Shown here one piece after another: positions 12,172-22,805 of a DNA stretch of 64,000 nt; positions within the stretch are counted from its first letter, which is position 1; each line of letters starts with the position of its first letter. Under the pieces are notes generated by a model, which did not search any database, was not told where the DNA came from, and worked only from the letters and a program-made list of their open reading frames with translations. The stretch is from positions 88,264,357 to 88,328,356 of the forward strand of contig NC_068983.1 of assembly GCF_001194135.2 (NCBI RefSeq), given 5' to 3'. Both the position numbers and the translations under genes were made by a program. Source of the stretch: Octopus bimaculoides (lineage: Eukaryota).

Positions 12172-12300
12172 AAAATATATAGTTTTAGGGAAAATAACCA
12201 ATTTATTGTGCTTTTAATTATTAATTTTTCTATATGTGATAGTGGATTTTCATCGATGAGTTCTTGAAACTTGGTTATTTTCCCTAAAACTATATATTTT
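12172..12300. repeat. Perfect 30-bp inverted repeat with a 69-bp spacer
   Basis: AAAATATATAGTTTTAGGGAAAATAACCAA (12172-12201) is the exact reverse complement of 12271-12300. Confidence 0.9.
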
Positions 12301-12679
12301 ATATATATATATATATATACATATATATACATATATAAATTTTTATAACTATATTTATACCTTATAAATGAATATTTTATTTATCTTTCCTCAATCATCT
12401 CTGTTTTTACTTTATTTATTGTTCCAGTTTTATTTACTTTACTATATCCCTAAACGTATTCTAATCAAACTGTAAACCCTTCACCCAAGCATGTAATAAT
12501 TCAAATCATAAACCGTAATATTTAATCTGCTGAAATGAATTGATAGGTCCACATATACCATCCCATCTCTGATGGAATTATACTCATGTCATATAAATGC
12601 AAATTTAATGCACAAATTGTTAACTTCCTTATCTCCATTTTCTTTTCTTTTAACTGGATATATGTATATGTATATATAT

Positions 12680-12885
12680 AGCCAGCCGCCATGATTGACC
12701 ACTAAATCTACAAGTTTCTTTTATTCTCTCTCTGTTTATTTCCTTATGTTCCTTTCTGTTGAAAAGCATAGGCTCGAAACATTAAAGACTTTCTCACTTT
12801 CCCGAGTATTGAACTAATACACCTACTTGTTTATACACCTGTCTTTGTCTTTTGTTCTTCTGTAATTTTCAACTATATATATATA
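12680..12885 (+). mobile_element. Solo PLE-type terminal repeat (pLTR-like) with a decayed hammerhead-like motif
   Basis: (TA)n on both sides. CTTT-CTGTTGA-A-AAGC-ATAG-GCTC-GAAA-CAT-T-AAAG at 12752-12787. Confidence 0.55.
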
Positions 12886-13439
12886 NNNNNNNNNNNNNNN
12901 NNNNNNNNNNNNNNNNNNNNNNNNNNNNNNNNNNNNNNNNNNNNNNNNNNNNNNNNNNNNNNNNNNNNNNNNNNNNNNNNNNNNNNNNNNNNNNNNNNNN
13001 NNNNNNNNNNNNNNNNNNNNNNNNNNNNNNNNNNNNNNNNNNNNNNNNNNNNNNNNNNNNNNNNNNNNNNNNNNNNNNNNNNNNNNNNNNNNNNNNNNNN
13101 NNNNNNNNNNNNNNNNNNNNNNNNNNNNNNNNNNNNNNNNNNNNNNNNNNNNNNNNNNNNNNNNNNNNNNNNNNNNNNNNNNNNNNNNNNNNNNNNNNNN
13201 NNNNNNNNNNNNNNNNNNNNNNNNNNNNNNNNNNNNNNNNNNNNNNNNNNNNNNNNNNNNNNNNNNNNNNNNNNNNNNNNNNNNNNNNNNNNNNNNNNNN
13301 NNNNNNNNNNNNNNNNNNNNNNNNNNNNNNNNNNNNNNNNNNNNNNNNNNNNNNNNNNNNNNNNNNNNNNNNNNNNNNNNNNNNNNNNNNNNNNNNNNNN
13401 NNNNNNNNNNNNNNNNNNNNNNNNNNNNNNNNNNNNNNN

Positions 13440-15303
13440 AAAATAAAGTAATCTATTATTATATCCATAGGCGGATATTTTTAGTATGAAGTGGTAAAGA
13501 GTGTGATGTGCTGAAAAAAGAGAGAACAATACTTGAAGTGTAGTTTCATTCCAGTGGTAAATATCCGTGTAGAAATTCGTGCAAAGTAATCCTTGTGTGA
13601 ATAATCCGGAAATTTATGTTGGAACGAGAGTTGATATAGCATAGATAGCAGAGGTATATATATTCCATATTGCGATAGAATTTTGCTTGTTTACTTGAAG
13701 AATGTCCAAGTCAAGTGAAAAGTTAGCGGTAATTAGGTCAAGTCAAGAAGATAGAATGTGAAAGGGGATAGAGGGGATATAGAGGCGGAGAAAGATAATG
13801 ATATATTTATGGTCAGTTGGTCTTAACAGGGTAGAGGGGTTGAGCATATAGAGAGAAGGAGGAATAGGGGGATGAGGTTAAAAGGTCTAGTGAGTAGGAA
13901 GGAATGCGTGTGTGTAGTATATAGGTGGTGGGGGTATGGGTGATAAACCAAGGACAGAGATAAAGGAGAGGGATGGGTGGGAAAGGTAGTTAGTAGTATC
14001 ATATTTTAGGATGCTGCCAAGCCTATTTATAGACGGTGGAAAGATATTGAAAGAGGTGACGTAGTCTGTTTGTGTAGGTGGTGTTCTTGTGAAATTGAGA
14101 ATATGAGAAATAGATTTGTTGGTACATGTGTGGTGAGATGATCGAAAGGAAATAACCCTATTCAAAAGGATGGTGAAAGATGGATGTTTTTGCCAGGTTG
14201 AATAGGTTGCCTGTGGGGGGTTGTGTTATTATGTTGCGTGATCATTTGTGCAATTTTGCTTGTGTTAGAACCTGAATGTGTGGAAAGACCGGTGGTTGCA
14301 GTTGCTAAACGCTTCATTATATCGATTAAGTAGAGTGGGAGAATTGTATTTTAAAATATGGAACGCCTCCGTTAAGCATAGCTTGCAATTGGAGCGCTGA
14401 CCCTGGTATGGAGTTCCAGAGTCTAATATGGACCATTTAAAGGTGTATTGGGTATTTTTGTTTTTGAGGTGATGAATATGATTAGCTAATGTTGTAGATT
14501 TACTGTGTTTGTCGTATCTAAAAGAGTGCATGTGGGCTGCGTAGCGATGTTTAAAGTTTATAGTTGCACCAATGTACGTGGCAGTAGAGTTATGTAATAG
14601 ATTTTTGACGGTGCATTTATATATTACATTGTATCTTGCGCAATGTGTTTGAAGCAGACAGATAGTCCCGGAGCGACAGTTACAAGTGTAGGAGGCTAGA
14701 GGGTTGCGTATGCTTGTGGTTGAGTTATTATTATTGGAGGATATGTTATTAGGGGCTGTGTAGGAAACTAGATTAGTGGAATTATTGTTATGGCTATTAG
14801 TCCTATCAGTGTTATTATTGGTATTGCTATTATCTAGAATATTAATGGGTTGGGATCCATTGTGGTTTTGTTCCAGTGTACGAGCGTTAGTGTTAGAAGA
14901 ACGTATATTGATGTCCGTGTTGGGTGTATGTGTGGGTCGGGTGCTGGTGTTAGCATAGCTACGGTTGCTTAGGTTTTGGTAATAGAGCGAGAGTTTATGT
15001 TTGTTAGAAGCTGCTATAATAGATTCAAAGTTAGGCTGTGGTACACCTCCCATTCTCTCTTAACACTAGGAACCTAGCCAAATCTTTCTTTAAAATACTA
15101 GATTCTAACTTCCCACGACAACACAAATACCACTCTATATTCTACAGATCCACTTTAAAATTATCGTATTCTACCACTCCTAACTTTGAATCTATTATAG
15201 CAGCTTCTAACAAACATAAACTCTCGCTCTATTACCAAAACCTAAGCAACCGTAGCTATGCTAACACCAGCACCCGACCCACACATACACCCAACACGGA
15301 CAT
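13440..15303 (-). mobile_element. Young 5'-truncated Penelope-like element with an inverted 5' segment and a long 3' UTR
   Basis: Intact GIY-YIG ORF end at 14265-15035 (-); inverted upstream ORF piece at 15038-15303 (+); strongly strand-biased ~800-bp tail toward 13440. Confidence 0.9.
14265..15035 (-). CDS. PLE ORF C-terminus: Asn/Thr-rich linker, Cys-rich motif and GIY-YIG endonuclease
   Basis: CNCRSGTICLLQTHC..NVIYKCTV..TYIGAT..FKHRYAAHMHSFR..STTLANHIHHLK..KWSILD..CKLCLTEAFHIL..LLNRYNE..CNH, with no internal stops. Confidence 0.9.
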   Translation of the reverse strand, partial: PNFESIIAASNKHKLSLYYQNLSNRSYANTSTRPTHTPNTDINIRSSNTNARTLEQNHNGSQPINILDNSNTNNNTDRTNSHNNNSTNLVSYTAPNNISSNNNNSTTSIRNPLASYTCNCRSGTICLLQTHCARYNVIYKCTVKNLLHNSTATYIGATINFKHRYAAHMHSFRYDKHSKSTTLANHIHHLKNKNTQYTFKWSILDSGTPYQGQRSNCKLCLTEAFHILKYNSPTLLNRYNEAFSNCNHRSFHTFRF

Positions 15304-15664
15304 ATAAATTTGTGTGTTGGATGGTATCATATTTTAGCACCCCTGTTTGGCAATTTGACAAAAAATATGACTCTATCTAAATACAATATCATATGTTTCA
15401 ACACAAGATTTTAAATAAAGTATCTTTCTAAATATAGTGAAGACAACAGTATCTGTACGTGAGTGTATGTGTGTTTGTATGTGTGTGTGTGTGTTTCTGT
15501 GTGTCTGTTTGCCTGCCTGTCTGTCTGTCTGTCTGTCTGTATGTATGTATGTATGTGTGAATGTATGTATGTTTGTGTTTTTGTGTGGTATCTGATTTTT
15601 ATTACAATTGTTGTACCAAATTTAGCAAAATTTTTAATGAATCAATGATGTAGTCATATACATG

Positions 15665-15698
<34 letters not shown>

Positions 15699-17614
15699 NN
15701 NNNNNNNNNNNNNNNNNNNNNNNNNNNNNNNNNNNNNNNNNNNNNNNNNNNNNNNNNNNNNNNNNNNNNNNNNNNNNNNNNNNNNNNNNNNNNNNNNNNN
15801 NNNNNNNNNNNNNNNNNNNNNNNNNNNNNNNNNNNNNNNNNNNNNNNNNNNNNNNNNNNNNNNNNNNNNNNNNNNNNNNNNNNNNNNNNNNNNNNNNNNN
15901 NNNNNNNNNNNNNNNNNNNNNNNNNNNNNNNNNNNNNNNNNNNNNNNNNNNNNNNNNNNNNNNNNNNNNNNNNNNNNNNNNNNNNNNNNNNNNNNNNNNN
16001 NNNNNNNNNNNNNNNNNNNNNNNNNNNNNNNNNNNNNNNNNNNNNNNNNNNNNNNNNNNNNNNNNNNNNNNNNNNNNNNNNNNNNNNNNNNNNNNNNNNN
16101 NNNNNNNNNNNNNNNNNNNNNNNNNNNNNNNNNNNNNNNNNNNNNNNNNNNNNNNNNNNNNNNNNNNNNNNNNNNNNNNNNNNNNNNNNNNNNNNNNNNN
16201 NNNNNNNNNNNNNNNNNNNNNNNNNNNNNNNNNNNNNNNNNNNNNNNNNNNNNNNNNNNNNNNNNNNNNNNNNNNNNNNNNNNNNNNNNNNNNNNNNNNN
16301 NNNNNNNNNNNNNNNNNNNNNNNNNNNNNNNNNNNNNNNNNNNNNNNNNNNNNNNNNNNNNNNNNNNNNNNNNNNNNNNNNNNNNNNNNNNNNNNNNNNN
16401 NNNNNNNNNNNNNNNNNNNNNNNNNNNNNNNNNNNNNNNNNNNNNNNNNNNNNNNNNNNNNNNNNNNNNNNNNNATATATATACATATACATATACATAT
16501 ATATATATTGATTGATTGATTGATTGATTGGCCGATGATTAACTGACTGACTGGCTGACTGACTGATGAATGTTGTATTTACAAACATAAGAAAAAACAC
16601 AAAATACTTCAAGTATGTTTATTAGAAGATGAATTTTCTCGAATCAACTTTTATGATCAATGCAGACAATCTTCGAGTGCTGTATTTTATTGCTGAAACA
16701 GCACCTGTTAAATGACAGTAACAAAAATACATACATCAATCAAGTACTCAAAAACGAAATGAACAGCACCCTGTGAGTTCACAGTGAACTCCCTCAAGAA
16801 ACACTTCCTGATAGCCAGCTATATGACACCAGAAGTGCTGGGCTTGCACATCTCACTCTGCATACTACAAGAAGGTTATCCATAGGTATGTTTCTCATAA
16901 ACTAGAAAAGGATGACAATGTTAACATATAGCTTCTCTTGGACTTGTGGCTAGTCTCTATCTACCCTTTCCAACTAATTGAGTATTTACAACAACCATTG
17001 TTTCTTTTCCCTCAACAACAGAAAGTATCTACTCCTATCTCCCCTTTTTCTTCCCTCTCTCTTCTTTTCTTTACTCCTGACAACCTTATACGATTCCCAC
17101 TCCCAAATATTTGACCCCATCTTTTCCTTTTCTTACTTCTTGACTGTTTTATTTCATCAAACATTTGTTTTTCTATTGTGTTCTGGTTTCACCATTCATT
17201 TTAACTCACATGTAACATGAGTAAACTTAGAAATTCCAAGCAATAATGTAACCTTCATGTAATTAAGGTATTCCCAGCCTCAGGATTTGCTAAGTTGAGC
17301 TATCTTCTGCTCTTGGATTGAAAAAGTATAGCCTTCAAGTTATGACATGATGTAGTGGCCACAAGTAGCTATAAAATATCTCATGAACAAATGGGAAAGC
17401 GATGCCTTTAAAACCCAAGGTGCAATCAGAAATGTTAATTATGTCACTTTTCTGTGAAAGACATAGCACATGTAATTTAGCAGCTTCCCAAAACTGTCAT
17501 CAAGGTAGCACTTCCCAATGTGATATGACATTTTTGGTTAAAACAATATACAATACCATGTGATATAAAAACTGCCCTGTCATAAATATAGAGACTCCTC
17601 CTTTTATTGAATCT

Positions 17615-17840
17615 GTTATCTTTTATTTGTTTCAGTCATTAAACTACAGCCATGCTGGGGCACCACCTTGAAGAATATTTTTAATCAAATGTATTGACCC
17701 CAGTACTCATTTTTTTTAAAGCCTGTAACTTATTCTATTGATCTTTTTTGCTGAACAACTAAGTTACAGGAACACAAACAGACCAGCACTGGTTATCAAG
17801 CAGTAGGGTTGGGGCTGGACAAACACACACACACACACAC
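17615..17840 (-). mobile_element. SINE family A, 3' half
   Basis: TTTGTTTCAGTCATT..CCATGCTGGGGCACC is the reverse complement of the family A tail. Confidence 0.85.
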
Positions 17841-17844
17841 GTAT

Positions 17845-18358
17845 ATAGAAGTGCCTCACAGAGGCAATGACTGATGACCGAGACCTTTGGCAATGTGCTA
17901 TGCCTGAGAGGACCCGTCAGGCCAAGTGGACCTGTGCTGGTGGCATGTAAACGACACCTTTTAAGTGTTGGGCTTCACAGAGGCAAAGTGGCTGAGTTCC
18001 TTTCGAGTGTTGGGCTTCATGGAGGTAATGACTGAGACCTTTGGCATTATGTCATGCTTCAGAAGAAGACCCATCAAGCCGAGCAAAAACATAGTTGTAG
18101 CAGATACTGTTGTCATGCAAATTGGCACCCATGCCAGTGGCATGTAAAAGTACCCTGGTGTCACACAAATGGCACCCATGCTGGTGGCACATAAAAGCAC
18201 CCATTACATTCTTGGAGTGGTTGGCATTAGGAAGGGCATCCAGCTGTAGAAAACCATGCCAAATCAGACTGAAGTCTGGGGCAGCCTTCCAGTGTGCCAG
18301 CCAGGTCAAACTGTCCAACCCATGCCAGCATGGACAACAGACATTAAATGATGATGAT
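17845..18358 (+). mobile_element. RTE family 2, 3' end with (GAT)n tail
   Basis: CTCACAGAGGCAATGACT..GAGACCTTTGGC (ORF end), repeated TGGCAC..AAAAGCAC modules, ATGATGATG tail. Confidence 0.9.
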
Positions 18359-18689
18359 GTGTATATAACGGGTTTCATTCAGTATTTTGATTGCAAATTT
18401 TCTTTACTTTATAAATGCCCATTCTTTTAACATAATTGTATTTCATCTTATTGCTCTACTTCACGTTTTCTATTGTAGATGTCCAAGCTTCATTTATGTT
18501 CCATGTCTTGCCAGTATTCTTCTCATGTGCATGCCGTATGTATACTGATACATAGACACAATAGGAATATTTGATAAACTATAGTAATATATGATACAAT
18601 GATATGAAACCAATGTAAAACATGCTATCTTAGAGATAGCATGTTCCCACTAGTACACACACACACACACATAGTAGATGTAAGCATGA

Positions 18690-19060
18690 AACCTTGCCAC
18701 AGCACTCAGCTATAGCCCAGAGTTAACCAAAGCCTTGTGAGTGAGATTTGGTGGATGGGAACTAGAGAGTTCTCAACGAGATAGTTCTAGCTTCAGTCCC
18801 ACAGCATGGCATCTTGTGCAAAGCCTTGCGAGTGGATTTGGTAGGAATGTGTATACGTGAATGAGTGTGTATATGTGAATGTGTGTGTGTGTGTGTCTTT
18901 GCATTTAACACCCACATCTGCATAACAATGGTGTTGGTTTGTTTGCGTCCATGTAACTTAACTGTTCAGCAAAAGAGATCAATAGAGTAAGTACCAGGCT
19001 TTAAAAAAATATGCACTGGAGTTGAATCATTCAGCTAAAACCTTTTCAAGGCAGTACCCT
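18690..19060 (+). mobile_element. Fragmented SINE family A pieces
   Basis: CCAAAGCCTTGTGAGTG..ATTTGG twice; TAACTTAACTGTTCAGCAAAAGAGATCAATAGAGTAAGTACCAGGCT. Confidence 0.75.
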
Positions 19061-19071
19061 AGTATTGCTAC

Positions 19072-19140
19072 GGAAGAAGAAGAAGAAGAAGAAGAAGAAG
19101 AACAACAACAACAACAACCACGACGACTACAACAACAACA
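19072..19140. repeat. (GAA)n(CAA)n trinucleotide repeat
   Basis: Directly visible. Confidence 0.95.
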
Positions 19141-19251
19141 ATTCTTTCTTTTAAAGGCACAAAACCTGAAATTTTGTGGTAGAGAGACAGTTGATTACAT
19201 CAACCCCACTGCTCAGCTGGAACTTATTACACTGAGCCTGAAAGGATAAAA

Positions 19252-20607
19252 ACAAATGACACAGTCCTCACTCCCACACCAGACATTCTGGATACTCTCC
19301 ATCTCAAACATCTGGACCCTCTGATAGATATCAGGGATCTCCAAATCCCTGACAGAGACACAACCTTGACTGCAACCAGTGATGATGTGGCTGCTGCCAT
19401 GAGATTCTTCTCTATGAGCAGCAATGGCCAGTGATCCAGTCACCTTAAAGATTTAATCTCGCCACACTCTACCAAGATGGGTTTACACTTGCTCTGATCC
19501 ATCACCAGTTTGACAGACTTATTTCTAACCAACCTGATTGTACTGAAGAAGGACGGAAGCATCCATCCTACAGCAGTGGGAAATGTCTTTTGTCATCTTG
19601 TGGCTAGGTTAGCTTGTAGATCAGTCAGCAGTGACCTGAATGAGGTGTTCAGCCATGTCTAGCTGGAGGTGGAACTCAAGTGTAGATGTGAGGTTGTTGC
19701 CCATGCTGCCAGAAACTTCATACAACACACATCTCCCTCATCACCTTGTCTCCTAATGAAACTGGATTTTAAAAATCTAGGACGATATCAGATGCAAGTT
19801 CACCCTCTAGCAGCTTGAGACATGACTAAATCAGTACCATCTTGCCTGCCTCCATTCTGATTCACAGACAAATAGCGTTGCACGGCTCAATTTGGTGCCC
19901 CCCCTCATCTACTTGTACCCTTCTAGATAATGAGTGCATCCATATTACAGTACCTCAATACCTTAGTTTCTGCCTGTGTGAGCTGTGCAAATGTCAATGC
20001 AAAATGGCAGTAGACAAATTTGGTCTGCATCCTTTATCATGCAGCCTTAGTGAAGGCCGACTCCCTTGACACACCACTCTGGATGATATAATGAGAAAGG
20101 GCTTTGATGCAGCTAGCTTCCTGTCTCAACTTGAGCCAGCAGGCCTTGACCACAGGGATGGTAAGCGACCCAATAGGATAACACTCTTCCCATTAGAGGG
20201 AGGCAGATCTCTAGTCTGGGATGCAACGTGCAGTGACATGCTCCCTGGCTCCATCCTTACAGCATCAACTCCAAACCCAGTTGTCGCCGCCTGTAACATG
20301 TAGGAGAGAAAAATCAGCAAGTACAGGAAGCTGGCCGGCCACTGTCAGTTTGTGCTGGTCGCCGTCAAGACGTAAGGTGTTCTCATTCCCCATATTACCG
20401 ATTCCTTCCGCAAAGTAGGGATAACGGTGGCCCGTGGGTAAAACGAGCCCCATTAGGTGGAGTGGCTACAGCTGCTGCAGTGAGTGCCGCTGTGCAGCAA
20501 CACCATCGCAGTCATTACTGCGGGATGCGGTTGAGCACACCATTCGTTCTGGGATATGTGACACATCGCTCCTTCTCCTTCTGTCATCCGTTGCGTTACC
20601 CTCCCCA
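19252..20607 (+). mobile_element. CRE-like (RLE-type) non-LTR retrotransposon, internally deleted
   Basis: DILDTLHLKH..HLKDLIS..LKKDGSIHPTAVGNVFCHLVARL..QLEV..CEVVAHAARNF..LMKLDFKN (RT N-half), then LLDNECIHI..CKCQCKMAVDKFGLHPLSC..LEPAGLDHRDGKRPNRITLFP..GRSLVWDATCSD..E.RKISKY..FVLVAVKT*G (Zn knuckle plus PD-(D/E)xK endonuclease). Confidence 0.85.
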
Positions 20608-21627
20608 NNNNNNNNNNNNNNNNNNNNNNNNNNNNNNNNNNNNNNNNNNNNNNNNNNNNNNNNNNNNNNNNNNNNNNNNNNNNNNNNNNNNNNNNNNNNN
20701 NNNNNNNNNNNNNNNNNNNNNNNNNNNNNNNNNNNNNNNNNNNNNNNNNNNNNNNNNNNNNNNNNNNNNNNNNNNNNNNNNNNNNNNNNNNNNNNNNNNN
20801 NNNNNNNNNNNNNNNNNNNNNNNNNNNNNNNNNNNNNNNNNNNNNNNNNNNNNNNNNNNNNNNNNNNNNNNNNNNNNNNNNNNNNNNNNNNNNNNNNNNN
20901 NNNNNNNNNNNNNNNNNNNNNNNNNNNNNNNNNNNNNNNNNNNNNNNNNNNNNNNNNNNNNNNNNNNNNNNNNNNNNNNNNNNNNNNNNNNNNNNNNNNN
21001 NNNNNNNNNNNNNNNNNNNNNNNNNNNNNNNNNNNNNNNNNNNNNNNNNNNNNNNNNNNNNNNNNNNNNNNNNNNNNNNNNNNNNNNNNNNNNNNNNNNN
21101 NNNNNNNNNNNNNNNNNNNNNNNNNNNNNNNNNNNNNNNNNNNNNNNNNNNNNNNNNNNNNNNNNNNNNNNNNNNNNNNNNNNNNNNNNNNNNNNNNNNN
21201 NNNNNNNNNNNNNNNNNNNNNNNNNNNNNNNNNNNNNNNNNNNNNNNNNNNNNNNNNNNNNNNNNNNNNNNNNNNNNNNNNNNNNNNNNNNNNNNNNNNN
21301 NNNNNNNNNNNNNNNNNNNNNNNNNNNNNNNNNNNNNNNNNNNNNNNNNNNNNNNNNNNNNNNNNNNNNNNNNNNNNNNNNNNNNNNNNNNNNNNNNNNN
21401 NNNNNNNNNNNNNNNNNNNNNNNNNNNNNNNNNNNNNNNNNNNNNNNNNNNNNNNNNNNNNNNNNNNNNNNNNNNNNNNNNNNNNNNNNNNNNNNNNNNN
21501 NNNNNNNNNNNNNNNNNNNNNNNNNNNNNNNNNNNNNNNNNNNNNNNNNNNNNNNNNNNNNNTTCTTTACCTCCGCCTACATATCTGTGTACATACCTGT
21601 GTGTATATACATATATACTTACACGAT

Positions 21628-21676
<49 letters not shown>

Positions 21677-21840
21677 GTGTGTGTACATTTACATATATAC
21701 ATGCAACTTCATTAATGCTGCTTATTGTCACTTTTTTATATTTTGTGTTTATATCTTTACTTAATCGTTTATTAGACTGCGACATTTTTTAAAACCTGTT
21801 CGGTAATGTTTCGATACAGGAAATCGAAATAAAGAAGCAC

Positions 21841-21879
21841 CTGAATGAAGCGATTCCAGTTTTCTTCAATGATACTGTC
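21841..21879 (-). CDS. Candidate exon 3 of an unidentified minus-strand gene (alternative donor at 21796)
   Basis: CTAAC branch point 32-36 nt upstream; acceptor GTTCTTCCCTGTAG. Two frames are open (DSIIEENWNRFIQ or RTVSLKKTGIASF). Both donors are weak. Confidence 0.3.
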
Positions 21880-22254
21880 CTACAGGGAAGAACACGTAGC
21901 TTATAACAGAGTTAGTTGTACACGTACACACAATAAACAAAGTCAACAGAATATACAATACTGAAAGTAGAGATATTTATATTACACTTTTTTACAAACT
22001 GAAAATTTCACAATGGTTGCTACGACTTAATTGTTTTCAATCGGAGATGATAATCTCAGAATAACTTATTTGTGAAGGTTTCCAATATAATACACACACA
22101 AACACGCGTTGTTATGTGTGTATATGCAAAATATACTATGTATGCTTCTCTATGTGCGTGTATGGTTACTCTTTCTTGTCTTTGGAGAGTTGTTAGTCCG
22201 CACATACATACCTTTCTATGTGGATCTGTTTATTATACTGATCATCTAACGAGA

Positions 22255-22505
22255 GAATTTCTATGTTATTGCTCGACCTATGAGAAATAACGGCCATATG
22301 TCCATCAAATCACACAGTTTTGTCTTGAAAAGATACATATTGTATAATTGTTTCTGATTTAGGTATAAAGCCAGTTGAGGGGAGGAGTTATTCGATGTCT
22401 CGCTCCCGGCAGTCTGAGATAAAAAAAAATAAAAAACTGGCTGTCCATTAGTGAAATGTCTTTTATCGCAGGCTTGTTGGACCAGAGCTAACCTGGGTCT
22501 AAACA
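22255..22505. mobile_element. Probable SINE fragment (third family)
   Basis: TTCTATGTTATTGCTCGACCT..CAAATCACAC..ACCAGAGCTAACCTGGGTCTAAACAA; recalled as a common octopus repeat, not verified. Confidence 0.45.
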
Positions 22506-22535
22506 AAAACTGTTGATCACTATTCTATTTCTTAC

Positions 22536-22552
22536 CTTAGCAACGCATTTCT
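22536..22552 (-). CDS. Candidate 17-nt microexon, minus strand
   Basis: Acceptor CTATTTTTACGATTGCACTTCAG | AGAAATGCGTTGCTAAG | donor GTAAGA; both signals are near consensus. Confidence 0.45.
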
Positions 22553-22784
22553 CTGAAGTGCAATCGTAAAAATAGTTACGAAAGTATTTACTTCTAAATC
22601 GACTGCTCTGTTATAATATACAAACATCATCATTCAACGTCCGTTTTCTATGCTGGCAAGGGTTGAACTCCTGAAACAATATTGTTTTATTTAAAACACC
22701 CTTCTAAATCTGTGCTAGTTTCTTTTTGCCTGTATAAAGGCCTTTATTTACTTACTATATAAACGTGCTTTTGCTTATTCTCAC

Positions 22785-22805
22785 CTGAACGAAATAAAGA
22801 TCCAT
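22785..22805 (-). CDS. Candidate 5' exon end of the minus-strand gene (ATG GAT CTT TAT TTC GTT CAG | GTGAGA)
   Basis: Strong donor CAG|GTGAGA at 22784 in CpG-retaining sequence; reading frame ambiguous. Confidence 0.35.

Noticed and set aside
12245-12275. CGATGAG..GAAAC-like motifs here, at 49205-49230, and on the minus strand near 62620 and 63130
   Set aside because: The core is incomplete and flanking helices are absent; could be chance or remnants beyond recognition.
16785-16885. Possible + strand exon ELPQETLPDSQLYDTRSAGLAHLTLHTTRRLSI|GTATGT, phase-compatible with exon 28373
   Set aside because: The donor is good, but there is an in-frame TGA at 16774 and the only usable acceptors lack a polypyrimidine tract. 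Unsupported without RNA data.
18619-18645. 12-bp perfect hairpin AACATGCTATCT-TAG-AGATAGCATGTT
   Set aside because: Short enough to arise by chance or local slippage in 64 kb; no supporting context.
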